Assembly (NCBI RefSeq): GCF_001194135.2
Contig: NC_068993.1
Coordinates: 3,856,894-3,920,893, forward strand
Reading direction: 5' to 3'
Source: Octopus bimaculoides
Taxonomy: Eukaryota
Length of the DNA: 64,000 bases
Shown one piece after another: positions 1-11,769 of the stretch (positions are counted from its first letter, which is position 1; each line of letters starts with the position of its first letter). The notes below the pieces were generated by a model. The model was not told the origin of the DNA, ran no database searches, and saw only the letters and a program-made list of their open reading frames with translations. The position numbers and the translations under genes are program-made.

Positions 1-81
1 GGTGGGATATGGAAAGTTTAGTCCACTTTGAACTTTTAAACCCAAATAAGATCTACTATGATAACAAATAGGATCTACTGA

Positions 82-250
82 AGGGCGGTGAGCTGGCAGA
101 AACGTTAGCACGCCGGGCGAAATGCTTAGCGGTATTTCGTCTGTCCTTACGTTCTGAGTTCAAATCCCGCCGAGGTCGACTTTGCCTTTCATCCTTTTGG
201 GGTCGATAATTTAAGTACCAGTTTCGAGCCTTGTGTCTAAAGTAGAAAAG
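82..250 (+). mobile_element. tRNA-derived SINE, 'family A' (my label), internally deleted
   Basis: A-box-like TGGCAGAAACG (94-104) and B-box GAGTTCAAATCCC (156-168). Colinear with copies at 9309 and 52250; lacks about 40 bp after ACCAGTT. Confidence 0.85.
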
Positions 251-1379
251 AGTATACCATAGTGTGATTTACTTGAAACTTATAGAGCTACTTGTAGTAG
301 CTGAAGTATTTGGGGGAGTGCGTTTCTAGCTATTCTGTCTGATTTGCGAGCTGAAAATATCGAGGATATTGAAGCACATCATTTGGAGCATTGTGTTTAG
401 TGTCCAAGAAAAGCAGTTTTGTAATTATATTCATCCTAATCTAAGATTTAAATTCTTGTAATTTACTTCATTGGAAGTTTCCAGATCAATAATGCTATCA
501 ACTATGAGGTCAACCTTTTACAATCATACGGAATAAATTCATGTCTGGTTCTAAAATAATCCTGCAAGTCACATTTCCACATATAAATAGTCACAAAGGA
601 ATAGCATGACATTCAACGACGCATTATAATTCCATAGATTCTTGATATGAGGAAAAAAATCCCTCCGGTTAAATTTTATTCCAAGACCAAAACAAAAGAC
701 CAATACACAGTTCAGAGACAGTTTGACATTTAAAATTATGTTTCCCAATCGTAAACGCTCGATGATTATTTATCATCCATATACAGTTTCTAGATTCTAG
801 AAAATTACGAAGACTTTAAAAGTTATAAATATAGGAATAATCTCTTTAAATTTTTATCATAGAATACCTTAAATTAAGCTTTAATATAAAACGTGTATGT
901 TATTGGGATTATTTTGTTGTACTGCTATGTTAAACATATTTTTTTACCAGTATTAGCTTGTGATAAACATTAACGTAACTACGTTTCTGCTATAAAACTA
1001 ATGTGAATTAAAATACTTAAAAAACCAAAAAACGACAATAAACGTTGTTCATAATATTACTTTAATCTCATCCGAAATGCTATGTTTTTCTTTTTCAAGT
1101 AACTCAAAATGCTTTCTTTATTCCATAGTTTAAACACACTAGGTTATTGTTAATAGAATTTAATTGACCCCAGAGTATTCGTGATCGATTGATAAATGAA
1201 TTAATTGAAATATGTGAGGTCATCATGAGAGATCAACAGAAATTGTAAGTTCTATGGTGTACGGTATCTTTGAAGTCTTTAGTTGTTTGCTGTTTACGAC
1301 CAGAGGGGTTTAAGTACAAAACTATTTCCTTGATATGCATAATTATTGTGTGTATTTTACTGTTAAAAGAAATTACATT

Positions 1380-2000
1380 GTCATGTTTCCAGTTATGGAT
1401 GGTTTTTCACGTCTCCATTAATGGAAGCTGTGCAAGTCTGGTGTAAATTATCAACTGTATGAGTGGATGATGTTTATGTATTTAAGACTGCGGGATGAAG
1501 GATGATATCTTATTTGGGGAGTGGATGCTGACAGAAGAAAGATAGTGTTTGTTACTATATACAGAAGGGATTAATTGCGTGGGGGATGTAACTAAACATT
1601 GCTAAATAGCAGAGTAGATCCAATGTCATTTGAGAAGCATTCATGTCGATAGACATTCAGCACAATAGATTGATCAGAGACGAAGATATTGCTTCAATAT
1701 ATAATAAATAATGCATTTTCGTATATTTAAACAGCGACTTCTAATACCAGACATGGCAGTCGAAGGTTTTACTGGGCACAAACCTGACATTACGGAAACC
1801 CTCGCTGAGAAGTGAGAAGAATCTAAGATGGTGTATACGGTTTTTGATGTGAGTGTTTTGTTGATGGTCTTGTTTCAGCTGTTTCGTATGTAGCTTCAGA
1901 AAATCCTTGTTGAAGCAAATTCCTATCACACAGCAATCGGCCAAATGTTCAGGTGCAATATATCCTTCATTCGTAACATCTTGTTTCCAATTCAGTAACA
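1380..2000 (-). mobile_element. Highly decayed CR1/Jockey-like LINE, AP-endonuclease region
   Basis: Minus-strand frames with stops give SFFCQHPLPK...CTASINGDVKNH, resembling the APE 'lFclYrsP...ivGDFNvH' stretch. By-eye similarity only. Confidence 0.4.
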
Positions 2001-2289
2001 TTAATAATTTATATTCCAGCATTCTGTACTTAATCGTATGGAAGCAGCGTCACACTCTTGACGAATTAAACCACACTCAGCTGTCCGTCAATTTCTGTAA
2101 GTCTGCAAAGGCGTTGTTTGTTGTCGTTATTTAGTCCCAGGCTCGTCTTGTCGAAACTCACATATAATCAGCTAAATAGTGTGCATGCAACAGAAGCGCT
2201 AAATATAACTCCAAGTGTATTATATTCTCTGTATGTGATACGGCTGTATGATATTTAAAGAAGTATTGGCTTGTATATACTGTTCGGTT

Positions 2290-2560
2290 GGGTTAGAGGA
2301 AAGGCGAAGAATAATGGATTTGGTTAAAGTTTGTCGTTGAAGGGTGGAACTAATGTTTCGTGTTGATCGATATAGAAGTGGACTAGCAGCAGACATGTTT
2401 CAGAAGTATTCCAGGAGGGAGGATATAAATGAAGTCGTGCGTTATTTTGCAGAGGCGGGAAAAAGTTTTGCGAATTCAACTTTGAAATGTAAGGTTGGAA
2501 GACGGATCATTGTGGTTAACCATATAATAAATCCGAAATTATATTTATACTGTTGTTCTT
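2290..2560 (-). mobile_element. Possible decayed CR1-like LINE 3' end
   Basis: Minus-strand reading loosely resembles the C-terminal 'SFF.RT..LWN.LP..FP' region of CR1 ORF2; many substitutions. Confidence 0.25.
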
Positions 2561-2617
2561 GTCGTATATTAAATAACTTGACCGACCTGGAAGCTTTAAT
2601 TCAACAATGAGCTTTTA

Positions 2618-2660
2618 TAAATAGCAGCCAAATCTCCTTCAAATTTTACCCTTTCTAGGG
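2618..2660 (+). repeat. Fragment of interspersed repeat 'family D'
   Basis: AAATAGCAGCCAAATCTCCTTCAAAT shared with 6771-6800 (AAATAGCAGCCAAATCCCTCTAAA) and, more diverged, with the minus-strand copy near 9060-9112. Confidence 0.45.
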
Positions 2661-5600
2661 CAGCTCGCTTTTTTAGGGAGATAGTCGTAGAGGTCAGAGT
2701 TGCTCATGGTATATACGATTACGCAATCATACAGAGAAAATTAGATTCTTTTAAAGATAATTATTGAATAGTTTAGAAAAGATATGACCTCACAATGCAT
2801 TATGTTTGTTTGTTGCTTTGCGGATTGTTCAGGGAGGGAAGGTTTGCACCCATCACCTTAAAGCCTTTCGTGGCTACGGAGACGTATGGAAGAACTGAAG
2901 AAATATGTATTCGAAACTGCGACATGGATCTAATGTTAACAATCGAGTGAATCTCCCTAAATGTACCCAAGGACCATCTGAAAGTATTATAACGGGAGAC
3001 GCACTAAGTCAGCGGTCTAAGAAATTAGAACGCAAGGAATCATAACACGCAGACCCGGACATGAAGAACTAAATGAGTGGAAGTTTTAAAATTCTGTGCT
3101 ATTATTTTATCTTCATAAGTGAAAGTAGTTGCTTCTTTAAATATCACCCATTCTATAATGCAGATATCATTAGACATTTCTTAATATTCATTCATAGCCG
3201 CCTTCTACACCATTCGTCGTGAAGAAAGTAGGATGCAGCAATGTGTTTTTAACTTGTAGTCAATTGATGGGATTTATTCAATCTCATTGTGCCACCCACG
3301 TGGCCTTTATGACGCACCTTACGTACCTGAATACACTTGCATTATAATAACTAACTCTATACCACTCAACTCATCTACATATCAATACTTCATCACTTCA
3401 TCACGTTCTGGTCACTCACTAACGATTATAACCGTTATTTCAATTTCCATGATGACCTACGCACACAAACACACACACATATGGTTATGTGCGTGCGTGA
3501 CGATGTGTGTGTGTGTGTATTATACACATTTACAGTGAGAGGCCCGAACTCACAAACATGCTTGCAGATCAATCACGCACACACATATCTATTACACACA
3601 CTAGTACAAATATGCAAATATATTTATATACACGAGTTGTGTGCGTATGACATACATATAAATGTATATACAACACCCAATATATATATATATAGCAGAA
3701 TGTTATTTTGCAGTTTGAACCTCAGAGTGATACAAGTATAAAAATTATGATATATTAATCCGAACATACTTAGTTACTTACGCAAAAGAAATTATATTAT
3801 AGCAAGCATATTACACGCAGCAAATACAGACACACATTCATGACATACATATGTTATTTATGGGTTCATTTTTCACAAACGCAGACGCGTAAAATTACAT
3901 ATACACTCATAAATCTATACACACCTGCACGCATACAACCCATATATTCAAACATAGCTGTTTCCAATTTGTGACAGAAACTCTATTTACCATCCAATGA
4001 CCAGATGTTGTGACATCAGAGTGAAGCCATTAATTATAGACACCACATAAGAATCCCTTCTGATTATTAGTTAGAGATTATAAGCATCAACAAATTCATG
4101 CTTTACTGGTTCAGAGAAGCAAATCTACTACTTTTGTATGCAATAAAATGACGGTAAATGGAAGACGATCTCAGCTCTATAAAAACGAAGTTGGAAGCAG
4201 GATGGGTATCAAGTTGTAAATTGAGTATTAAAATGTCCCTGTTATATCATGTGAAAGAGAAAATCTACCATTAATATACAGGAACGTTTGCTGAAAATAA
4301 AGCCAGTGACGACGGAGAGAAGTAGAATGAGAGAGATAAGGAAAGGGAGAGAGAGAGTGTGTGATGTAGAAAGTAAGAAAGTGAGATATACGAGTCAATA
4401 AATTATATGCTTTCAGTTAGATGATCAGATTTTGTAATATCTTCAGAGAACGTATTTTCATTGCAATTTGATTGATGTAAACTAAATATTAATCTAAGGC
4501 AAACATTTCAAAATAGATGAAACTAAAACAGTAAAAATATTTATAACTAGCCACAGTGAAAAATTAATTGACAAGATTCATGGATGTGAATGTATAGACG
4601 GACGAATTGATTGATATCATAGAAATTAACAACAACATCCCATAAAACTATCTTTAGTTATCCCTCTTCTCATCGGCCACCCAATTAAATCCTGTAATTA
4701 TGATCAGAGTTATATTTCTTTCAACTATTGACACAGTGTGTAACGTTAGATTCTGTAAATTGCAAAGATCAGATAAGGTCAGACATATGTATACGTCCTT
4801 CACTATTACACATTTGAACTATATCTCAAACACTGGTTTACTATACACTTAAGTGATGCCTCTCAAATAATACAGCAGCACTATGATTGCACAGTCTTGA
4901 AATACATGGTTTCGGGCAACTAAATTGTTCTTTCGCTTCACTGACTCTCTGGAAACTATTTAGTAACTGATCTGCTCTGCATTTCTTTAAATGATTTAAA
5001 CTTGAGAGTTAAAAGTTTTCAAATTACAGAACATATCACTGAATATGTTTCTAGATAAATCAGCAAAAATAGTTTGCAATATTTACTATGTAACGAATGG
5101 TATTTGCTAGTGGCTTACTACTTAGTATTGAAGCAGGGTATAGAGAACGTTGTATAAGATGGCAAATCTGAGAACTGCTATTTAAAATAAATGTCTATAT
5201 TTGAATTGATATGAAATAGCGTAGTTAAATATATGTAGTTCACCTTTAATGTAGGCTCCTAAAGAAAATTTTTCGCAGTGTATTTAATGATAGAGCCTCG
5301 ATATAAATAAATATTGAGCTAAAAATATGGAATTTTCATATTCAACTTCCTAAAAGACGTTTCCTTCCGTTTGCTTTCCTAGTATTTGAAATTATCATTT
5401 TTTTTCTCTTGAGATTATGGTAGATATGATCTTAGTAGTTAACCTGTTTCAATTCAAGAATTACAGATTATATACTGTCGCAAAGTGTTGACACTTATCT
5501 ACCACGAAATGGTAGTTATACCACAACCTGATCAAATTAAGTTGTAAAAGAAAAGGAAACCACACAACAACAATTCCTCAAATTTTAGTCCAGCTGAAGA

Positions 5601-6764
5601 TATTTATGCACTTTTATATAAAGTTTTGTTTTAAAATCCATTTCGAAAGAAAATACTTGACAAGTGAAAGACCACCGTTATAGATATAATTACCCCCACT
5701 TAAATCGGAGGTGAATTTCTGTGAAAACAAAAGCCGATGACAATGCACAATAATATCGTAGATAAATCATTCTTGAATAAATGCTGGAAATGTTAGATTA
5801 GGACTATCTTTGATCTACAAGTGCTTTTAACGAGAGCTGATCTGATGCTAAACAGTAATTTCAAAAACAACCATAACCACATCCTTAGACAATAACAACA
5901 TTAGCAATAATGCATATAAAGTGAAACGCATTGAACATATTCTTGGACCTCCATCTTCGTTGAGGTTTCGACGTCGCTCATCCTAACCTTATGTTTGCAG
6001 CAGTTTTGATAGCACCATATACAGAATGAAAAATAGATACATATACATAACCAATCATATATTGTGTTGGTGCGGAATTAAGCGCCAGAGGGTTATTTCC
6101 GAAAATTTGGTTGGAAAGTGAACCACCAGGAGATATTAATATTTAGCAATTCAGGAATTGCTCAACCGTTTGTGGATATATTCTGCTTTGAAATACGACA
6201 TTTATCCTCATTTCGAAACTGCCATTGATTGTAGAAGAAGGCTTCTTACCAAATGTAAACTATTCTTATAACTGACATTATTCCTCATTTACATAATGGT
6301 AAAAGGTTGAATAGTTTATTTTATTATATTTACCAAGAGACCACCTTTAGCAATGTTCTGTCTCTTAGATTTCTATATTGAAGTGAATGGAGTAATATTC
6401 ACAAAGATGATAAAATATCATTAGAAATCTGTAGTAGACATTTTGACGTCTCCATTGACTGCTCACTTAATTCTACATGCCAGATTTCACAAACTGCTAC
6501 AAGAAAAAATGAGATTTTCTAAGAAATTTTTTAAGACTTGAAAACGACTGGCATCGTATCCAGGTTAATGCCTTATAATCTACTTAATGACATTAAACTG
6601 TAGGTCTAGCCACACATTTCTGTCTCATTTTTGATGTTACCGTTGTTTAACATCATTTTATGATTCATTGGTTCAATAGAGACGTTTGCTATTTAATGTA
6701 CCATGTTATACAGTATAATTCAATCATCGTATGAACAGGAGAACCAAGTATGTGATTGCTCAAT

Positions 6765-6850
6765 CTATTTGAAATAGCAGCCAAATCCCTCTAAAACCTA
6801 CTCACTAAAAACTTAAATAGAAGGGAGCATGGTAAAATATATTGTCTCAA
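6765..6850 (+). repeat. Fragment of interspersed repeat 'family D'
   Basis: GAAATAGCAGCCAAATCCCTC matches 2618-2645. Confidence 0.45.
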
Positions 6851-7125
6851 ATATACAATTTATAAATATACAATAAAATCGAATGGTTCTTGCTGCAACG
6901 CTTTTCGTAACAAGTTTTCTCGATTAAGCTGATTTAGGAGGAAACAGCAACAATAAGATTATAAACTCGCATCGCAAAGCAGGAAAAATCTCTTTGAAAC
7001 TAAAGATAAGGAAATTACTGTGACTGTTGAAGTTAGAAATCTTCGTGGCTGTGCAGTTATTGACTTATATTGTATTGGTGCATGAAGAGCAGTGTTTTAG
7101 CTCAAAATTGTACTCTGATATACAG

Positions 7126-7156
<31 letters not shown>

Positions 7157-7449
7157 TTCAGTAAAATAAAGCAGTAATCATGTTCCCAAATGTGTCTCCT
7201 GAGGCCTCTGGTGCTTTGCAAACCTTTTGGAAAATGGAACAAGTTGAGGACTTAGGTTTCTCGAGTGCTTATGGATAATTTGCTATGTGTTTTCTTGAGT
7301 GGACGTCACTGTTTTTTCAAATAAATAATTGAATTAATATGAAATATATATAGTAAGTATATTTCACTGAGATTGAATGATCGCTGTAATTAATCCTTAT
7401 TGTGAGTATATAGGAAAGGCATAGGTGCCTCTTCATGGGTTATTAATTG

Positions 7450-8600
7450 TTTTACTATGAAAGTTTCATTGCATTGCACGTAATTTATTGTTGCGCTCGG
7501 GTACTCTGTATCTTATGCAATATTCAGTTCCATTATTTCTGTCACTGTAATTCGGAAGAAATAATATAAAAAAAAAGAGTGAGTAAAGAGCAAGGCGAAA
7601 GCATGTGATTTCTCCTGGAAAATCTTGGCTAAAGTTGGAAATAACGTCTGGCTTAATGGGCCCTGGTGGCTTATGTTGTATTAATGTATAGTTACGAGCT
7701 GTATTACAGAGTAATATAAATACTGTACAACGTTTAAAGAAAACCAGTAGAGAGGGAATATTATAACATTGATGAGAATTTCTCAAAGATAATCATCTGC
7801 TGATATTAGAAAATATGGAATATTTGATATCCTTCTGACCTGCTTATCCAAGTAGATTCTGCAGTAGAAAAGGGCCACTTTGATGAATAGGTCTTTAACC
7901 AACAGCAATTAATGAAATATTTATTGATTTTTATCGTAATTGAAGGAACTCTTAGATGACAACTCTAGAAGAGTTCCATTAATTCCGTTAAGATTAGACC
8001 AATATCATTTTCACCTCATGTCAATAACTGTAGCAGCAATATTTCTGTGATTTCCGCATTTAAAATGGAAGTTGATATATTTTCCTTTAGAAGACCAATC
8101 TATCCTATATTTTGTATGTTAATGGACATTTTTTTCCAAAAGAACATAAAGAAAAGGTTTCTTAAACAATAACAACGAATAAGTTATAGCAATAAGTAAA
8201 AATATTTTACACAATAATAGCCTGACACAGAAAATAATATTCCAGTGAGTTAAGGCTTCATAGAATTTGATCCAAAATAAGGAATAGTTTACACAAAACC
8301 TCATAAACCAAGTTAGAATCTGTCACATATATTTAATAGTTAATGTCGTAATAGATTCCATTAACGCTAGTGGCATAGACGGTAAAGGGTCAGATAATAT
8401 TAAATGAAAACAACATCAATAGAATGGCCAGTTGTGCAATGATTAAAAGCTCAATTATCAACGACTGTAAGAAGGTATGAATGGAGAATTGTGAATTGAG
8501 GTTTGATAAGATGAAAAGATTAACATTATATACAGCAATGGGGGAAAATCACTGTTATGAAAAGAAGTGTCATTAATTGACAGAAAACCACACTGGAAAC
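7450..8600 (-). mobile_element. Decayed CR1-like LINE reverse-transcriptase fragment
   Basis: Minus strand 8474-8400 gives LLTVVDN*AFNHCTTGHSIDVVFI (CR1 RT 'LL...d.W...lD.G..vDVvflDf'). An FADDTKI-like relic (aatgcggaaatcacagaaata) lies near 8045-8065, and a downstream segment resembles the CR1 post-RT region. Confidence 0.5.
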
Positions 8601-8934
8601 CGAAATCAATGAAAGAAACAGCTTATATATTCTCAGCAAGCATAATCCTCCTGTAAACGTGGTGCTTGTGTGTGTTTAATACAGTCATCATGATATTCCT
8701 TGTATTAAAGTAAAGTATCGACTTGGTAGTGGATATTTGTACTTCATCTGTTTATTGTCGAATAAACTGTCATCAAGCAGACATTACATGAAGCTTATAT
8801 AGAGAAACCGGCCTAAAATTGAAAGCAATACTGATCAACCTCATTGGAGATTCTTGTCTGGCAATTAGTAATGTGAAAACGGACTCAAAGTTATAGAGAC
8901 ACAGAGAAACGTTTTAAATTGTTGTTCACATTAT

Positions 8935-9115
8935 TGTTGTTGTTGAACTCTTGGCCAGCCTTAAATAGAAAGATTTATTATCAAAGACATTCCACACATA
9001 ACGGTCGCTTCATTTTCTATACGTAATTAGGATTACAGTATGTGTGAATTTTCTTTCATCTTAAAATGATAGTGTGTGATTTAGAGGATACATGGCTTCT
9101 ATCTCTAGCAAGCTT
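8935..9115 (-). repeat. Diverged 'family D' repeat copy
   Basis: Reverse complement contains CTAGAGATAGAAGCCATGTATCCTCTAAATCACAC, related to the 2618 and 6771 motif. Confidence 0.35.
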
Positions 9116-9212
9116 TGTGGCAAGGTGGACTAGTTGAGGCTATTGTTGCTTTTGGCGTTGTCGTGTAGCTCGCATCAGGTTCTAATCAAACTTGCTAATT
9201 ATTATTGCCATT

Positions 9213-9308
9213 AGGGGTGGCGAACTGACAACAGGGCATCAAGCTAGCAGCGGGGAGGCGACCTGGCAGTAGGGCTGTGAGATGGCAGTGGGGCAGCAAG
9301 CTGACAGG
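9213..9308 (+). repeat. Five diverged 19-20 bp tandem copies of the SINE-A head
   Basis: Units start at 9213, 9233, 9252, 9271 and 9290; consensus about RGGGCGGCGAGCTGGCAGN; contiguous with the SINE head at 9309. Confidence 0.8.
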
Positions 9309-9525
9309 AAAGGCGGCGAGCTAGTAGAATCGTTAGCACGCGGGGCAACATGCTCAGCAGTATTTCGTCCATCTCCACGTCCTGAGTTCAAATTCCGCCG
9401 AGGCTGACTTTGTCTCTCATCTTCTCGGAGTCGATAAAATAATTACCAGTTGAGTGATGGGGTCGATATAATTGACTATCCTCGCCCCAACAAATTTCAG
9501 GTCATGTGCTTATAGGAGAAAGGAT
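9309..9525 (+). mobile_element. SINE family A, full-length, diverged
   Basis: GGCGGCGAGCTAGTAGAATCGTTAGCACG head, GAGTTCAAATTCC B-box, central GTCGATAAAATAATTACCAGTT, 3' TGTGCTTATAGGAGAAAGG. Confidence 0.85.
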
Positions 9526-11584
9526 TATCATTGCCATTTCAATCATGGCTACTTTATTTTATGTTCAAGAATAATGTACTGACCAAATAGACTGATGTAT
9601 TCCTTCCCAAGACTGGAGTGGATACTTTAAAAGGAATTTAGCTATTATTTGTAGAGGCTTTTTTTCAAATTGTAGATTTATAATCTCGCTTCTGTTTCAA
9701 GGTGTACCTACCATGATGCCTATCTTCTGTTTAGTGTAATGAGTTAGCTAGAGTTAAATATTTTGTCAATGATTGTTGCACTGCACCATTAACAGGAAAG
9801 AGTTAAGCAGTGATCAGTTTACCATTTTTACTCGGACAGTTGCAACACTCTGTTGTTGGCTATTGCCAAAGTATGAAGAGCGGAGGTGTGAGGTAGTGAT
9901 CAGAATTAAGAACGGGTATAAGGAAATCGATGACAATTGTGAAAACAGACTTCAATAATTGATTGATTCCACACCGGAAACAGAAAAGTAAATTAAAATT
10001 GATTGATCTCTGTTTAGCAAAGCAATTTCTCTGAAACAAAATGCAGGTAGATATCCATTCAGTATGATATGTAATGAAATAGCAAAAACACTTTATTTAC
10101 GCTTGTTGTTACTGGTTTTGCTGCCCTTGAGCAAAGTCTAGATAGCTCTTCCTGATGAGATCAATCAAATATCAATAGCTGATGAAACAAAATACTTCGG
10201 AACATACTTATTTTCTCTTTAATGTGGCGTAATGTATCTTTTCATTTAAAAGTTATTGTGTGCAGTTCGTCCCGTAAAAACGAGCGTACAGTTGCAGAAC
10301 TGGTTACATATATTAGAGCGGAAGAAATGATTTTGTTTCCATTTAACTAATCACAAATGGTCACCCTTCGAATAACGTGCATATACTACTACCCTCACAG
10401 GAAGAGCTAACGAACATTCATAGTCGTTGCCCACTCCAATCTTTCATACGTAAAATAATCCAACACTACGCTACACAAACACTCTCTATTATTATTATAC
10501 ACATATCTTATGCAGTTTACGCGTTATAGACGGGCAACGTTCCAAGAGTTGGGGTCGTTCATATCAACCTCAACACTTATTTCAGATACCTACATATTTA
10601 ATCAATCTTTAATTACTAAGTTTGAGTTTTCAAAATGGACCGAGGTTATCGTCAGAAAATAGGGAAGCGGGCAGGTACACACACACTATCAAATGCAAAC
10701 CGATACGTTACTTTAATGCAAAACACGAAAAGAAATTTTTTTTTTCTGTACAGACTGAAAAGTCGCGTAAGATAGAAAAATTTAGAGATTCTAGGAGAGA
10801 ACTGGAAGATAACTAAAGCATATTTTCTTTCTATCATTATATTTGCAATTCATTCTTTCCATTTATCTACTTCACAATTATCATGTATGCATACTGTGTG
10901 TGTGTCTGTGTGTGTGTTGGATACCTATCAAACTCCATGACTCCACTTACAAGGCATTCGTCAACACAAATACTCTGTACAGGAATCGAACTTAAGCTCT
11001 AATTATAATCGGTTTAACTTAGAGAGCTTATATCTTACCTCTGAAAAGTTTCTTATAAATTATTCAGAATGCATGGCCGTGCACCTGATGTCTATATCCA
11101 TAACAGTTTTCTAACTATAATATAGATAAAGCTTATGTTGTGTATATCAAAATAGAGGCAAAATCTTGAGTTAATGGAAAAAAGTTAATTTCTGAGTGGT
11201 GTAACTTTGAAATGACAAACAGTGTGTATCTTTGTATTGAGATATGGTTAAGGTAGCAAGAAGCCTTAGGATGACATTGTCGATGAGATCTGGGTGAATC
11301 TGTACAGCCAGTGTATAGCTTTTGTCAAGATTGTTCTAAAAAAGCGTAATTTGAATTGAATACAAAAGAAAGAGGCTTATAACTTTCACATGCCCTGTGT
11401 GGCGATGTTGTATATATAATTGTGTACATATAAGAACACGTGCTTCTTTGAGTTTCAAATGTGGCAGGACATGAATTTCACATTGTTTTTGGTCCATCTA
11501 TATGCTACTTTATATTATATATACATATATTTCCTCTTTCTCTCTCTCACTCTCACGCACACACGCACTCTCTTTGACTCACTC

Positions 11585-11618
<34 letters not shown>

Positions 11619-11722
11619 AGAGTATAGCGTGTATGTATATGTGTATGTGTGTATGTATATGTGAGTATGTTGTATAGATGTAAGTACACACAGAATTACA
11701 CACTGGCACTCACACATAGATA

Positions 11723-11769
<47 letters not shown>

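Noticed and set aside
10151-10190. Two CTGATGA motifs on the plus strand
   Set aside because: No stem II pairing before GAAA, and no stem I or III.
10260-10780. CpG-richer stretch with a short ATG (MDRGYRQKIGKRA) and splice-like sites; possible promoter or first exon
   Set aside because: No diagnostic motif; CpG enrichment is modest and not quantified.
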